Numbered from the stretch's first letter, positions 14,966 to 29,965 are shown. The stretch is DNA of 64,000 nucleotides from the human T2T-CHM13v2.0 reference genome, Homo sapiens (GCA_009914755.4 CP068257.2:40224001-40288000), one strand, 5' to 3'. Notes: generated by a model from the sequence alone, not told the origin. Numbers and translations are program-made.

Positions 14966-15654
14966 ACACTCGCATGTGAGTTTCAGAAAAAGAGGACAAG
15001 GGCCCAGGTTAGCTGGAAGCCACCACTTCTGAATAAGGGGAATTTCTTCGAATCCACGTGGGCCATTGTCTCCAGCAATAAGCCTCCACACCCCCACGAG
15101 TGTGGGTTCTCCTCAACTTGGCGCTCTGCTGCTAGGTAAAGAGGACTAGAAAAACTTGTCATGACGACTGCCCGCTCATCAAGAGAAGCACTCAGGGTTT
15201 TCCGAATAGTAATTGTAAAAGATAAGAATTCTTAAGAAGAAAATATTAGTTAACAGTCAGAAGGCAATTCTTGACTGCCAATCACTTAAATATCCAACAA
15301 AAGAGAAGTGTCCCAGCAAAATCTAACATCATACAGCTTTAAAGTGATGCCAGAGATAGTAACAGTAGGAAAAAGGCCTAAGATGTGGTGAGCCAGACTG
15401 TGCACACAAAGAAAAGTAAGCAGTAAGATGGGAGGTGCAGCTAGAGCTCCGCTATGCAAAAATGCAGAGTTTAAAACAAACAAACAAAAAAGGAACAGCA
15501 AAGCTACAGCACAGCAAACAGCCTGGCATTCCAGTGGGCGCGGCTGACTGCAGGGCCGCACGAGAGAACTTCCTGGGATGAAGTCGAGGTCTGTAACTCA
15601 GCTGTGGTGGTGCTTATACAACTGTAGACACTCAAAAGTCTCTAAACTGGCAGG

Positions 15655-15935
<281 letters not shown>

Positions 15936-16017
15936 GTCTCTGAACTGTACACTTAAAATTGTTGAGTCTTACTGAATGTAAACTATATGTCATCAGTGCT
16001 GGTTTTTAAAATACAGG

Positions 16018-16330
16018 GGCCAGTGAGGTGGCTCATGCCTGTAATCCCAGCACTTTGGGAGGTTGAGGCAGGTGAATCACTTCAAGTCAGGAGTTCAACA
16101 CCAGCCTGGCCAACATGGCAAAACCCCATCTCTACTAAAAATAAAAAAATTAGCTGGGCATGATGGTACATGCCTGTAATCCCAGCTACTGGGGAGGCTG
16201 AGGCAAGAGAATTGCTTGAACCGGGAGGTAGAGGTTGCAGTGAGCTGAGATTGGGCCACCACATTCCAGCCTGGGTGACACAGCAAGACTCTGTCTCAAA
16301 AAAATAAAATGAAATTAAAATAAAAAATAC
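16018..16330 (+). mobile_element. Alu SINE
   Basis: ggccagtgaggtggctcatgcctgtaatcccagcactttgggaggttgaggc ... cagcctgggtgacacagcaagactctgtctcaaaaaaa. Confidence 0.95.
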
Positions 16331-16459
16331 TAGAAAATGCGAATCAAATGGCAACAGCAGTTGAGTTAGAACAGTGATGCTATATGCGACTGAACAGTTT
16401 CCCCAATGTTATAAAATGTGTTTGTATTTTACTCTTTTCACCAGAAAGGTGATTTTGAA

Positions 16460-16655
16460 AATTTTCTCGTTGGAACCCATGTGTGTTTGAGAAGGTGAGT
16501 GAGAAATGGGACTCTGGCTCTGATTTCCATTCGTCCACGATCTTGTGGGATTCTTCAAGCAGCGGATTCTCAGAGCGAGTCTAAAAGGGAACAGAAGCTG
16601 GTGGGGACGGGATGTCCCATAACAACGCCCTGCTGGCATGGTGCCCCCCCACACT
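16460..16655 (-). repeat. Right arm of the inverted-repeat pair (partner at 14770-14965)
   Basis: See the left arm. The arms are separated by ~1.5 kb, of which ~600 bp is two younger Alu insertions. Confidence 0.8.
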
Positions 16656-16700
16656 TTCCTCCTGGTGCCCCCCCACACTCTCCTCCTGGTGCCCCCCCCA
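16617..16700. repeat. 24-bp tandem triplication (ggtgcccccccacactytcctcct x 3)
   Basis: Three direct copies are visible. It abuts the right arm of the inverted-repeat pair. Confidence 0.85.
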
Positions 16701-16837
16701 CACTCTCCTCCTGGGCCTCATGCTCTCTCCCATGAAGATCCAGGATGTTTCTTCGGCTGCCCCCTCCATCTGTCAGCAGGTTCAGGTTCTTGTAAAGAAA
16801 GAAAATCAATCTTAATGTGAGCTCAAGAACAAGTTAA

Positions 16838-17150
16838 GGCCAGGCACAGTGCTTCACGCCTGGAATCCCAGCACTTCGGAAGGTGGGAGGATTGCCCGAA
16901 TCCATGAGTTCAAGACCAGCCTAGGCAACACAGTGAGACCCATCTCTACTAAAAATAAAAATTAAAAAAATTAGCTGGGTGTGGTGGCACATCCCTGTGG
17001 TCCCAGCTACTAGGGAGGCTGAGGTGGGAGGATCACTTGAGCCCACGAGGGCGGCTGCAGTGAGCCACGATCATGCCACTGCACTCCAGCCTGGGCAACA
17101 GTGCCAGACCCTATCTCAAAAAACTACAAAAAAAGAAAAAGATGGAACTA
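16838..17150 (+). mobile_element. Alu SINE
   Basis: ggccaggcacagtgcttcacgcctggaatcccagcacttcggaagg ... ctgggcaacagtgccagaccctatctcaaaaaa. Confidence 0.95.
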
Positions 17151-20100
17151 GAAAAGTAAAATCCACTACCAGAAAAAAATAATAAGTTACTTTTAAAGAG
17201 ATGTGTTACTGCTCCTTCAGTACAAAACCAAAGTTTTCTCTGTATTTAGAAGACGGCGCCACTGATCTGCAAAACTGACTGATTTCTACACGAAGATGCA
17301 TGTTTGGAGCAAATCAAAGAGACAGAATTAAGTCACTGAGTCTTAGGATCTCTCACGCTCACCAGGAAAGACTCGGCCACCACAATAAGTAATTTACAGG
17401 AAGACGGTTCCTGGGTTCGTCGGCTGCCAATACGGTTCTAGGAGCACACCAATGGCCCCGGAGGCCACTCACATCACTCTGCCTACTCCCACTGGGCCAG
17501 AGGTACAACAATGCCACAAAAGGCCTCCTTTTCTCCCACCATGCAGCAGCGTTCTCTCTGGGAGTGTCCACCCCAGAGGGCACGTCACTGAGCAGGAGTG
17601 GAATTACGCAGTTACCCTAGAACTCCAGTCCTTCACGTATCCAGTCTGAACAGTGAGAACTGGGCAAGCGGCCAGCTTTCTGGATGTTTCTAGCCTCTCT
17701 TCGAAGGTCTTGTTATCTATCGAGATACTCATTTCTGAGACGCAGGCAGCGTTGGGCTCCAGTGCATAGCTTCAGCTGGGTGAGGTGCTCGACACACACT
17801 CAGACTCTGGTGGGCCCTGGGTGCATTGGGCGGGCAGGGCTCTAGAAGCGCCACTGTGCCTCGAGAGGGACCCCTGGCAGGGTCAGGGAGGAGGGGCTCA
17901 GGGGAAGGAGCCAGATAGGTGGCAGAGGGTGAGAGGCAGTGTGTGTGTGGCGGGGGCGCTGACGCAGCTGCAGAGGGTGACAGGCAGCGTGTGTGTGAGG
18001 AGCAGGTGTTGACGCGGCTGCTGGCTTGCCATTTGAACAATCAGCAGGTGGACCCCAGGGAAAGTTCCCCAGGGCAGCCGGCAGCACTTCAAGGGCCAAG
18101 CCAGAGCTCAACAGGGGGCTCTCTCGGGAAGGAAAGGGAAGGAAGGACCCAACCAGCCAGTGAGTGGAATCGCCATGTTCACTACCTCTCCAGAAATAAC
18201 TGCTTGCCATTTGTCCCCAAACACAAGTGACCATCCTAAAAAGCATTTCTGAAATCTAAGAGTAACTAAGTTGTTTATTTATTTCCCCAATTAAAAACCT
18301 TGTTTAGGTTTAAGCTATGCTCAGGTGACCATACGTTCCCATTTACACAGACTGTCCTGGTAGAATTATTACAAGTGTCCTTTTATTCTGAGAGGTTTTA
18401 GGGAGGAATGGGAATTACCCTAGGATCTCCGAAATCAGAGGCGACTCTGTTCGACACCACAGTCCCAGGCTGACTTCATTTAAATCTACTGTTTCAAACT
18501 CAGCTCCAGATTGAAGGGTCTCCAGCAGGTAAAATGAATACGAAACACCTGTAGCTCCAATAAGGCGTGGCAACCTTTGCTTTGACCTTAGCCTTGAGGG
18601 TGGTGAGGGCATCCCCCAGGATACAAGCTGACAAGGGGGTAAACGGCCAAGGCCGGCATCTCAGAACCCAAACCCCGGCGTGGCTGCAGTCTGGGCTGGC
18701 CGTGGGCACACGTGCTGCCAGCTGCCTAGGCCTTCAGGAATTCCAGACACAAGGAGCCCAGGTCCCGAAGATCACAGTTACTTGGGCTCTGCTCAGAGAG
18801 CCCAGCCTCGCAGGACTTGGAAATGGCCCCTGACCCAGCAGGCACCACCACAGGGGCCTCCCTTGTGCTGGGCCAGGCCAGGCACCTGGTTTTGGCAAAG
18901 CCACGAGGGTGGGGCTAGGAGCAGCTGGGTGAAGAGCAGTGGGTTTCTCCAAGTTCTTTTTGTCCTTTTCATTCTTAAACATCTCCCCACAAAGCCACAG
19001 TCTTTCTCTGCGAAGGGTGCGAAGCCCCCAGTACACTCAGCTCACTTTACCAACCTGGCCGAAGAGGACGCCGCCACCGCTGCAGGCCCCAGAGGGAGCC
19101 GCCTGGCTCCTCACCAACCCTCCCCAGCAGCATCCCCAGCGGCCCCTCTCCACCCAGCCCTCACATGGCCCATAGTGGGTTCAATAGTGGCTCCCCAAAA
19201 TTCACATCCACCTACCACCTTTGGGAGAGGATGTGTGCAGATGTCATCAAGTTAAGGTGAGGTCATGCTGGACTGGGGAGGCCTGAATCCAATGACGGGT
19301 GGTCTTATGAAGAGATGACACAGAGACATGGGAGAGAAGACAGGCAGAGACTGGAGTAACACAGCCATAAGCCAAGGGACACAAAAGGCTACTGTGCCAG
19401 CCACCACCAGAGGTTGGGGAGAGTCCCGGGACAGATTCTCCCTCAGGGTGCCCAGAAGGGACCAGCCCTGCTGACACCCTGACCGTGGGCGTGTGGCCTC
19501 CAGCACTGCGGGAGGCACATTTCTGACGTGAAGGCACTGGGTTGCTGGTGTTTTATGGGGGCAGCGCAGCGCCGGGACACTCCCACACAGCCCATTGTGG
19601 ACCTGGGATTAGGGACAACCAGGGGCATTTTACAAAGCCTCAATCATACTGACAAACAGGACAGACCAGAACCTTCCAATATGTTAAGAATCTTAAGCTA
19701 CCGAGCTACTAATATTTTGGATTACACTGCATTTATAAAACAAGGAAACAATGCTCGTATGAGAATCAGGTCATTTGGGAGGGGGGTCAGGAGAGTCAAT
19801 ATCTATTTCGCCCCCTTGAGCAAAGAATCTTCATGGCAACATTAAATAACATTTGCTCCCCTGGGTAGTGTCAGCTTCGGCAATATGAAATTGCTGTTTT
19901 GCAGGTCAAAAGACATCAAATACCAGGAATTTCATAGAGTTTCTTCAGGTTTTATGAGGAGGATCTATGTCAAAAAGACCCATAACATGGATGAGAAAGA
20001 TTTAAAATTCAGCAGCCCCGCTTGATGGGCAAAGTGATGCCCTGACCCCGGCTTAGCAGGACAGGCACTGTGACCCGCTTTTTCAGCAGGAATGCTAGAT

Positions 20101-20254
20101 TTGGGCAGATCACGCACATAACCTTCACTAGGGCTTTCTTTGAACACGCATGCACACACACACAGGTATGCACACGCGCGCACACACACACTGCCCCCAA
20201 ATCTGGGAGGAGGCCATTGCACGGTGAGCAGCAACACTGGAGCCGGGTGCCATG

Positions 20255-20400
20255 GACCAATCCTGATTTCTTCATCTACTCCACTGTGACCTGGGGTCAG
20301 TTCCTTAACCTCTCTGTGCTGTTTCCTCCGTCCAAAGACAGGGCTAGTACCCCAGCCTCATAGGATTAGGAGGATGGGTCACTCACTGCACGTAGCCCCC
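20255..20400 (+). mobile_element. MIR SINE fragment
   Basis: ctgtgacctggggtcagttccttaacctctctgtgctgtttcctccgtccaaagacagggctagtaccccagcctcataggattaggagg matches the MIR core. Confidence 0.7.
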
Positions 20401-20952
20401 AGGGCAGAGCTAAGCAGTCATGCGCCATGTGACAAGGTTTCAGTCAAAGACAGTGGTCCCATGAGATTCTAATACAGTATTTTTCCTCTATTACTTTGTC
20501 TATGTTTACATAGACAAATACTGACCATGTGTTACAGTTGCCCACAGCATGCAGTACAGTCACATGCTGGACAGGCTGGTAGCTAGAACAGGCTACACCA
20601 TACAGCCTGGGTGTGTAGCAGGCCAGGCCATCAAGGTGCGCGAGAGTGCGCTCTACCATGCACTCATGACAATGCCATCGCCCCAGGACACATTTCTGAG
20701 AATGTATCTCTGTTGTTAAACACTGCCTCACTGTGTTAACTTGTGTTACATCCACGTGCCCAAACTGACCAAGGATGTTTAAAACAAGCAGAAAGACAGA
20801 CCCGACTCTCCACTCCTCCACTCTCCGCATCCCAGCAGCTGGCCCAGCCCAACCCATCTCATCAGTGTGGGGTCAGCACAGAGCCAAGGGACCATAACCC
20901 CTTCGGCGAGGCACAAGGGAAGGTGGGCTCTGGATCGGGGGCCGCCACATAC

Positions 20953-21205
20953 CGTGGACGCCAGAGCCGGCCTGCTTCAGCATGGGCTTGTCCATCTTCT
21001 TGGCATAGAAGGCCGCATACCACACGCGCAGCTCGGTACCCGGGGGGATGTCTCTGGAGGTGGTGAAGTACACGTCGCTGCCGTGCTGGTAGGCCGTCAG
21101 GTTCTGGTGCTCGGCCTCCGCCGCTGGCCGCACCAGCATCATCCAGTTGCAGTCATCCTCGTTGGAGGTGTCGAAGCACACGGGGTGCCCGTCCTTCTGG
21201 AACAC
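20953..21205 (-). CDS. PRDM15: PR-domain exon, C-terminal part ([84 protein letters not shown])
   Basis: The acceptor is ctcaccttcag|GTGTTCCAG and the donor is ccacg|gtatgt. The exon is 253 nt. The NWM...EQNL...Y......I..G.EL.VWY motifs are the diagnostic PR-domain core. It is the listed 127-aa minus ORF 20873..21256 trimmed to its splice sites. Confidence 0.9.
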
Positions 21206-22264
21206 CTGAAGGTGAGTCGGCCCATGGAGAAGCCGGGGAAATGGCTGATTACCCATCTGTGTATCAGCGTGTGGGGGGCAGGTGCTGAGGAACCCATCTA
21301 GACAGTGCCACGTCAGAGGCCATAAGGGCTCCTGTACGGGATGTTGAGGTGTTTACAATAGTGAGGAGGGTCACAGGTAGACCATGTGGTTTGGACGGGT
21401 CAGGTTAGTCACAGGCAAAAGGAAGCAGCAGACACAGCCAGCGGTCTATGTGTCATTGGGATACCTGAGTGTTACTCACGGCCCAGGTGCGGAACTCAAG
21501 TTCTAATCAGGTTCTAGTGGGCATGGGGACACCAAAGTTCTAGTCCTGGTCCAGGTGGGCTTTGAGCTACCTGAGCTTCACTCCCAGTCCACGTGTCACG
21601 GGGACACCTAAGGCTCTCCAGATGGCCCACTGGGAACTGGGACACAGTTCTACTCCCAGCTCCGCCACAGGGTGCTGGGCTCCTCAGGCTTTATGAGCTG
21701 CCTCCCCATCTATCAAACAGCACTATTGCTTTATGGATTAAATGCAGGCAGGCAGCAGGGAGAAAAACTTACGTATTTTGAAGTTCAAATCAACCACATG
21801 ACTATAGGAGGGTTTTGTTCCTTATTTTCTGATGTCATGGTCTCTTCCTCCCTGCAGGAAGAGAGCTCTCCCCTCTCCTAAGCTTCTCCTAGAGAGGCCT
21901 CTCCAAAGACGGAGCCCTTGGAAGTGAGAGGCAGGGGTGGGGGACCACCAGGCACCTAATGACCACCAGCTGCTGAGGAAGGTGTGCTCCCAGCTGGCGG
22001 CACGCTCTCTCTGGTGGGCACAGAGGAGCTGAACGCTGGTGCATGCACTGAGAACAACCCAGTACCAGGCGATGACCTTCAGAATCGCGTAGCTGAAGGA
22101 CCACCAAAATGGGCACAAAAGACTTCTTTAAAGGGGCCTCGCCCCCAACCGTGCACCCACACCAACTGTGTACATCGACCGGATGGGTGCTGCAAAGGAC
22201 AGGCAGGTAGCCAACGGCCTTTCTGAGGCTGTTTTAAGCATTGTTACATATTTCTTCAACTTAA

Positions 22265-22545
22265 AACAGCCTTTTCTTTCCTTCCTTCCTTCCTTTCCTT
22301 CCCTCCCTCCCTCCCCTCCCTTCCTTCCTTTCCTTCCTTCCCTCCCTCCCCTCCCTCCCTTCCTTTCCTTCCTTCCCTCCCTCCCCTCCCTCCCTTCCTT
22401 CCCTCCCTCCCCTCCCTCCCTTCCTTTCCTTCCTTCCCTCCCTCCCCTCCCTTCCTTCCCTTCCTTCCTTCCCTCCCTCCCCTCCCTTCCTTCCTTCCTT
22501 CCCTCCTTCCCCTCCCTCCCTTCCTTCCTTCTTTCTTTTGTAAAC
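22265..22545. repeat. ~280-bp pure pyrimidine (plus strand) / purine (minus strand) tract, (TTCC)n/(CTCCC)n
   Basis: An uninterrupted C/T run (ccttccttccttcctttccttccctccctccctcccctccc ...). It lies in the intron between the two PR-domain exons, so it is purine-rich (GGAA/GGGA)n in the PRDM15 pre-mRNA. ORFs 22128..22721 on minus and 22168..22746 on plus are artefacts of it. Confidence 0.95.
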
Positions 22546-23321
22546 AAATCAAGTGCCTTTCCTTCTTCCCCCCTTTTTGCTGAAATCTGCCTTACAAGCT
22601 CAGCTTTCCAAAGGACTTCCAAAAACCCAAGCTTGTTGACTTCATCTGCCTGTCCTAAGACAAGCAGATCCATTTCAAGGGTCTCTAAGAAAAGTTTGCT
22701 GACTAACAACCCATTCCTCATTTGTTTATTTCACAGATATTTCTGAAGACTGGCTGGCTTGGGGTACGATACAGAGGGCAGGCATGGCAACAGTCAAAAA
22801 CCAGCCTCGCCTGGCCTCATAGCCTTCCAGAGGGCTCATTTTTTACTTATTCTAAAGCCTGCCTTGCAATTTACATACATCTTAGTTTTCTCGAGTTCAC
22901 ATCAAAGTAGAGAACCACTGTCTTCTCTCAGTCTGATGTGCTTTTTAGAACGGCCAAACTTCACACTATTGCCCAATGTCTCATCACTGCCTAAACAAAC
23001 ACCTTCCCTTTGAAAGAGGTTTGCAAACTACCATACGCTCTGCACAGGTGTGGAAATAACTAGAGCGATGGGCCCCTGCAAGACGCTGCCTCGTAAAGCC
23101 TGCGACAGCAATGGAGGTCGTAAGACAGCTGGAGTCAGCATTTGGGTTTCTCCTGCATATGTCTTAAACACACTCTTTAGTGTTCTGCAAAATTGAAAAT
23201 TACAAAATACTAACTTAATATCGATGCTCTTGCAATGTAAAAAGAAACATTTTCTTGGAAATTAAGCAGACCTACAATATTTGGAGCTGTTTTTGAGGCA
23301 TTTATAAATCATGGAAACTCA

Positions 23322-23579
<258 letters not shown>

Positions 23580-23699
23580 TCAAAAGAGAGCACTCACACC
23601 CAGGGACCGACTCGTTAAGATAACCTAAAAGCTCGCCCTCACTGACCGCCAGGGTTCTTCGGAAATAAAATTCTCCAGGTGATAAAATAGAAGCCTTCC

Positions 23700-24005
23700 A
23701 GGCCAGGCTTGGTGGCTCACGCCTGTAATCCCAGCATGCACTTTGGAAGGCCAAGGTGTGAAGACTGTATAAGCCCAGGAGTTTGAGACCAGCCTGGGCA
23801 ATATGGTGAAACCCTGTCTCTACAAAAAATACAAAATATTAGCTGGACATGGTGGCATGTGCCTGTAGTCCCAGCTACTCGGGAGGCTAAAGCAGTAGGA
23901 TGGCTGAACCTGGGAGTTTGAGGCTGCAGTGAGCCAAGACTGTGCCACTGCACTGTAGCCTGGATGACAGCACAGGACCCTGTCTCAAAGAAAAGAAAAA
24001 AAACA
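23700..24005 (+). mobile_element. Alu SINE
   Basis: ggccaggcttggtggctcacgcctgtaatcccagc ... ctgcactgtagcctggatgacagcacaggaccctgtctcaaagaaaagaaaaaaa. Confidence 0.95.
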
Positions 24006-24498
24006 ACAGAAGCCTTCCTAATAGGTGCTCAATGATGACTGAGACTGAGGTTGTGATGATGCCCTCGGGCTGTGGCAAACTACCCATAATCTTGTGGCCT
24101 TAGCTACACAAGGCCGACCACAGGGCCCTGGTGAGATTCACCCAGAGCACACCATGGCGGGGCTGTGCACTGAAGGATGGGTTTAATTCCCCGTGGGAAA
24201 GACAGTGCCAACAGGTGCATCCCTGGTGGGGCTGCTACGGGACAGAACAGGGTCAGACTGGTATGGGGTCCAGCGATGGAGGAGGGATCACAGGGAACTC
24301 GCTGCTGAGGAGCCATATGAAGAGCACCCCGAGAAAGACGCAAGGGCCATGGAAGTCCCAAACAGAAAGGGTTTCCAGCCAAGTGGAGCGGGCCAGTTTC
24401 ACTGAGGATGTGACCTCTTTAACTGAAGTAGAAGAATGTCAAGGACTGGGGTCTGGGGAGGAAGGCATAGGAGCCGGGACGAGCCCAGGACACGTCCA

Positions 24499-24870
24499 GG
24501 ACAGAGGCGGACATGGGGTCCCCAGAGCACAGGCCCCTCGGACAGAGGCGGACATTGGGTCCCCAGAGCACAGGCCCCTCCGACAGAGGCGGACATTGGG
24601 TGCCCAGAGCACAGGCCCCTCCGACAGAGGCGGACATTGGGTGCCCAGAGCACAGGCCTCTCCGACAGAGGCGGACATGGGGTGCCCAGAGCACAGGCCC
24701 CTCCGACAGAGGCGGACATTGGGTGCCCAGAGCACAGGCCCCTCCGACAGAGGCGGACATTGGGTGCCCAGAGTACAGGCCTCTCCGACAGAGGCGGACA
24801 TGGGGTGCCCAGAGCACAGGCCTCTCCGACAGAGGCGGACATGAGGTGCCCAGAGCACAGGCCCCTCAGG
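24499..24870. repeat. 41-bp minisatellite (VNTR-like), ~9 copies of gacagaggcggacatkgggtsccmagagcacaggcccctcc
   Basis: Nine head-to-tail units with a few point differences are visible directly. It lies in the long intron between the CpG island and the ATG exon. The overlapping long ORFs on both strands (24131..24969) are repeat artefacts. Confidence 0.95.
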
Positions 24871-25256
24871 GCGGGCAGGAGGCCGCTGAGACAAGGAGCC
24901 AGCACGGAGGGTCTGACTGCAGGACCAAGGGTTTCAGCTGAATTTTCATGGGCAACAGGCAGTCCCTGAGGGTTCTGGGGAAGAGGGGGGTTGATGGGAA
25001 GAGGGGGGTTGATCTACTGTCTACTTTAGGCCAAAACATTAATCTCTTTGAGTCACACTAAGAAAAAAAAATAAATGAACGGTGTTGTGGGGCAGTGGGG
25101 AGGCTCCTGGAAACAGTTCTGGAAAGACGGCGGCCACCTGTGCAGCGGCAGCACGTGCCAGGTACCATCACCCACAACACCACAACCACCCCACGGGAAC
25201 TGCCATCCTCTACAGAGGCCACCGAGGTCCGGAGAGGAGTGCCTTGTCCAAGCTCA

Positions 25257-25583
<327 letters not shown>

Positions 25584-25817
25584 CTAAGAACCCTGGAGTG
25601 GATCAAAGAAACTCACTCTGGAGCTTTGAAGCACGTGTTTTGGTGTGTCCCGGCAGCAACGCTGCTCAGTTCACAGTGGGAGCGGAATCGCTGGCTCTCA
25701 CTCAGAGTGCCTCTGTTCTCCCTCAGGCTCCTTCCTCCCCGTCTGCAGACCCAAAGGCCACTAGGCTCCTGCCGCAGCTGGCATATGGAAGGCCCGGGAG
25801 CTCACGGCGGTCACTCA

Positions 25818-25958
<141 letters not shown>

Positions 25959-26553
25959 CTAAAGAACACAAACCTGGGAAATGGGGACCCTGGCCCCATG
26001 AGGGTGACCCAGAGTCATGAGACACATGCATGCCGACACTGCAAAGACAAGCAAGGGAGGGTGCATTGGATGGCAGAAGGCCTGTGTCCCGAAGGCCTCT
26101 GTCAGCACTCGTGCACACATGAGGAGTGCAAAGGCAGGACACGCCCCCAGGGAAAGCTCTAGCTCCGCCGCACGCCTCAAATCAAGCACGGTCACCTCCA
26201 TGGTGACGAAGACCAAGACCCTCCCCAAAGAATGAGCATAAATGAAAATGGCCAATGTTAGCAGGTTCATCCCTCCTGCCTAGCCCTGGATTACTTTTCT
26301 GAATCAAGTGCTACCCCCTGCAAAGTGCCCTCGGCCAGGAGTTCTGAGAAAGGTGATCCTATTAAAACCATACCCCTGTAGTGTACTGCTTATTAAATAA
26401 ATGTTTCATAGGGAAATTTTAAATATATAGCTTTTCTATATTATAAAAACCAAATGTAGACGTGGCTTTGCCCAGACAGCAAGCGCCACGCCCATCTGTG
26501 TTCTATGACATAGGGCTGGTCTCGGACCTGGGACAGGTCCCTGGGTCACTTAC

Positions 26554-26590
26554 AGATGAACATGATCTCTTCGCTCCCATCTTCAGCCAT
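26554..26590 (-). CDS. PRDM15: PR/SET zinc-finger gene, first coding exon (M1-I12 plus 1 nt). The exon probably starts at an acceptor near 26599 and carries a short 5'UTR.
   Basis: The minus strand reads ATG GCT GAA GAT GGG AGC GAA GAG ATC ATG TTC ATC T|gtaagt (MAEDGSEEIMFI), with a GTAAGT donor at 26553-26548. Kozak context is cagagATGG. An upstream acceptor ctgacag|GTGTCAGAG sits at about 26599/26600. This matches my recalled PRDM15 N-terminus MAEDGSEEIMFIW. The split codon T+GG gives W with the next exon. Confidence 0.8.
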
Positions 26591-26644
26591 CTCTGACACC
26601 TGTCAGGATACAAGAGAGCCTCATTAATGACAAGCTCTTACCAA

Positions 26645-26948
26645 AATACTTTTGTTTTGTTTTTGAAATTGAGCTCCCTCTGTTGCCCAGGATAGATAGA
26701 GTACAGTGGCAGGATCTTGGCTCACTGCAACCTCTGCCTCCCAGGTTCAAGTGATTCTCCTGCCTCAGCCTCCTGAGTAGCTGGGACTACAGGTGTGAGC
26801 CACCACACCCAGCTAATTTTTGTATTTTTAGCAGAGACGGGGTTTCACCATGTTGGCCAGGCTGGTCTCGATCTCTTGACCTTGTGATCCGCCTGCCTCG
26901 GCCTCTGAAAGTGCTGGGATTACAGGTGTGAGCCACCGTGCCTGGCCT
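26645..26948 (-). mobile_element. Alu SINE (immediately upstream of the PRDM15 ATG exon)
   Basis: Reverse-orientation Alu (ctgttgcccaggatagatagagtacagtggc ... attacaggtgtgagccaccgtgcctggcc). Confidence 0.95.
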
Positions 26949-26984
26949 CTTACCAAAATAATGTTTAAAGACAATTCCTACTAA

Positions 26985-27540
<556 letters not shown>

Positions 27541-29116
27541 TGAGGTTCACCTCCAGAAACACTTGCATAGTGGGTAGATGAGCATAAACTGACACCCCCC
27601 ACACACATATATTCACAGGGTGGATCTAGACATTGTTCATTCTGGGGCCTCACATTCCTGGGCTGTAAAATGGAAATAAAAACACCCACCTCATGCAGTT
27701 TGGGAGGAGCATAAAGTGAGATACACACAGTATGTGCCACCAAATGATTATTCCTCCTCTGCCCCCCCGCAATCCCCAACTGTGCGCACCGGCATGTCCT
27801 TCCTGCAACCTGCTTCTCTGATGCCCGTTGCTGAGTGGTTTAGGAAAGTGTGCATGCTGGCACTTCTTGAATGCTGATTCCACACGCCCTCCACCCCGCT
27901 CATCCCCAGCAGCTTGAAGGGTGAAAAGCAGACCGTGCAAAACTCATATGGAAACTCACAGTCACTGAACTTGTGTGTCTGAGAGCAGTGCCGGGTTGAA
28001 AACTTCAAGTTAGGAGAGTGAGTTAGCTACAAGGAAGTGAGGCAGAGGAAAGAGAGTTCCAATTTGCCCTTAAAATGCCAGAAATAACAAGGGGAGGGGG
28101 GTGAAATTTTCTCCCAAAACAGCACTGTATCTTCTTTTCCTGGGAACACACATTCACGTTCAAAGGTATCTCGTGCGGCTCTAGCAAGTGTGACTCAGTT
28201 TCATAGCCGCATTCGGCCTTGCCTGCCCCAGTTCCTGTGGATGGGCACCTCGGCGCAAATAGGGACCAGTCTGGGATGGGGGCTCAGCTGGGCAGTGAGC
28301 AGGAGATGAACAGGACAAAGGGCAGAAGAAACCCAGAGTGGGGTGGGGAGGGCGCACGCTTTCATGAGTTGCTGCTGTGCTACTGGAGGTGTAGGACCTG
28401 CGTGCCCCCTGCAGGAACCCACGTGACTCACGGTCAGGAGCTTGGGCGATGGGAACGATAGGCCTTAAGAGGCGCCCCACACTGCGGTCAGATCACCGCA
28501 GAACACAGAGTCCCAACAAAGGTATTGGAATCGGAGTGGGAGGATGGAAGGAAGTCGTCCTGGCCTTGCTTACTTGGGAGCCTGCACGAATCCCCTGAGG
28601 CCTTGTGTGGCCGCCTCTCCCCGGGGCAGACCTTGCCTCTGGCCTACACCTCTCACAGACTGCCCACCCCTTCTAGGTGCCCCCAAAAAAGGTCCCCTCT
28701 GAGCGGAGCTGCTGGGAGAGGAAACCCAGAAGAGAGGGGCGAGGGAAGCTGGAGAGCAGGGTTTTAGCCCCCTGTGCTGCACTCTGATTCTATGTAAATG
28801 TCCGAGTCCTGGCAATAAGGGTCCCGATTAGCAGCATCTGGTCCCCAAAATGAGGCCTCTCTAAAACGGCTCCTCTGGGCCCAAGATCAGAGACCACAGC
28901 CACCCTGGGCTGCAGATCAGGCCTGATAAACGGAGCATCTTCAAAGTCTTTGCTGTCTTGGCAAAACTCCCTTTAACACTCAGAAAGTGCCTTCATAGAA
29001 GGGGAAGTGTGGTCTCCAGACCTCTAAGGCACACAAGACATCCCAGAACAAGGCACACAGGAAGTACTGTTTCAGGGAAAAGGAGAGGAAAAAAGAACTA
29101 GAAGTTCGAGATCCTG

Positions 29117-29457
<341 letters not shown>

Positions 29458-29965
29458 TTACCTTACATTAGTGATTTCAAAATGTGGTCCCTGGACCAGG
29501 AACCAGCAGTGCCAGCACTGCTTGGGAACATTTCAGAAATGCACATCCTTGCCTCCCACCCCCAGACCTGATGAATCAGGCTTGGCAGAGGGCCCTGCAC
29601 TCTGTTTGCAAAACCCTCCACGTGGTTCGGATGCAGCTCAAGTCTGAGAACCACTGCTCTGCCTGAAAAATCTCTTTACAATTTATATGACTACTACTAC
29701 AAAAACTAACTAAACACACCTGCCATCACAGTAAGACCACAGTAATAATATCAGGAAACCAAACTTATCAGAAATGTCAATTAAGCTCAGACCAGGACCA
29801 TCTGCATCTAACCTGGTGGTAAACGGGAAATGGGGGGTGACTTCAGGCAAATGGGGGGTGACTTCAGGTTCCTTACACGGAACGCTCCGTGAAGACACCT
29901 GTTAAAAACAACTTTGAAAAAGAAGGCTGAAGTGACAGACTCAGTCTACCTGACTTCAAACTTAA

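Noticed and set aside
22128-22746. ~195-aa ORFs on both strands (REGRKEGREG.. / LPSLPSFP..)
   Set aside because: They are translations of the homopurine/homopyrimidine tract.
24131-24969. Overlapping 130-237-aa ORFs on both strands
   Set aside because: They are produced by the 41-bp minisatellite. The same peptide block repeats every 41 nt in shifting frames.
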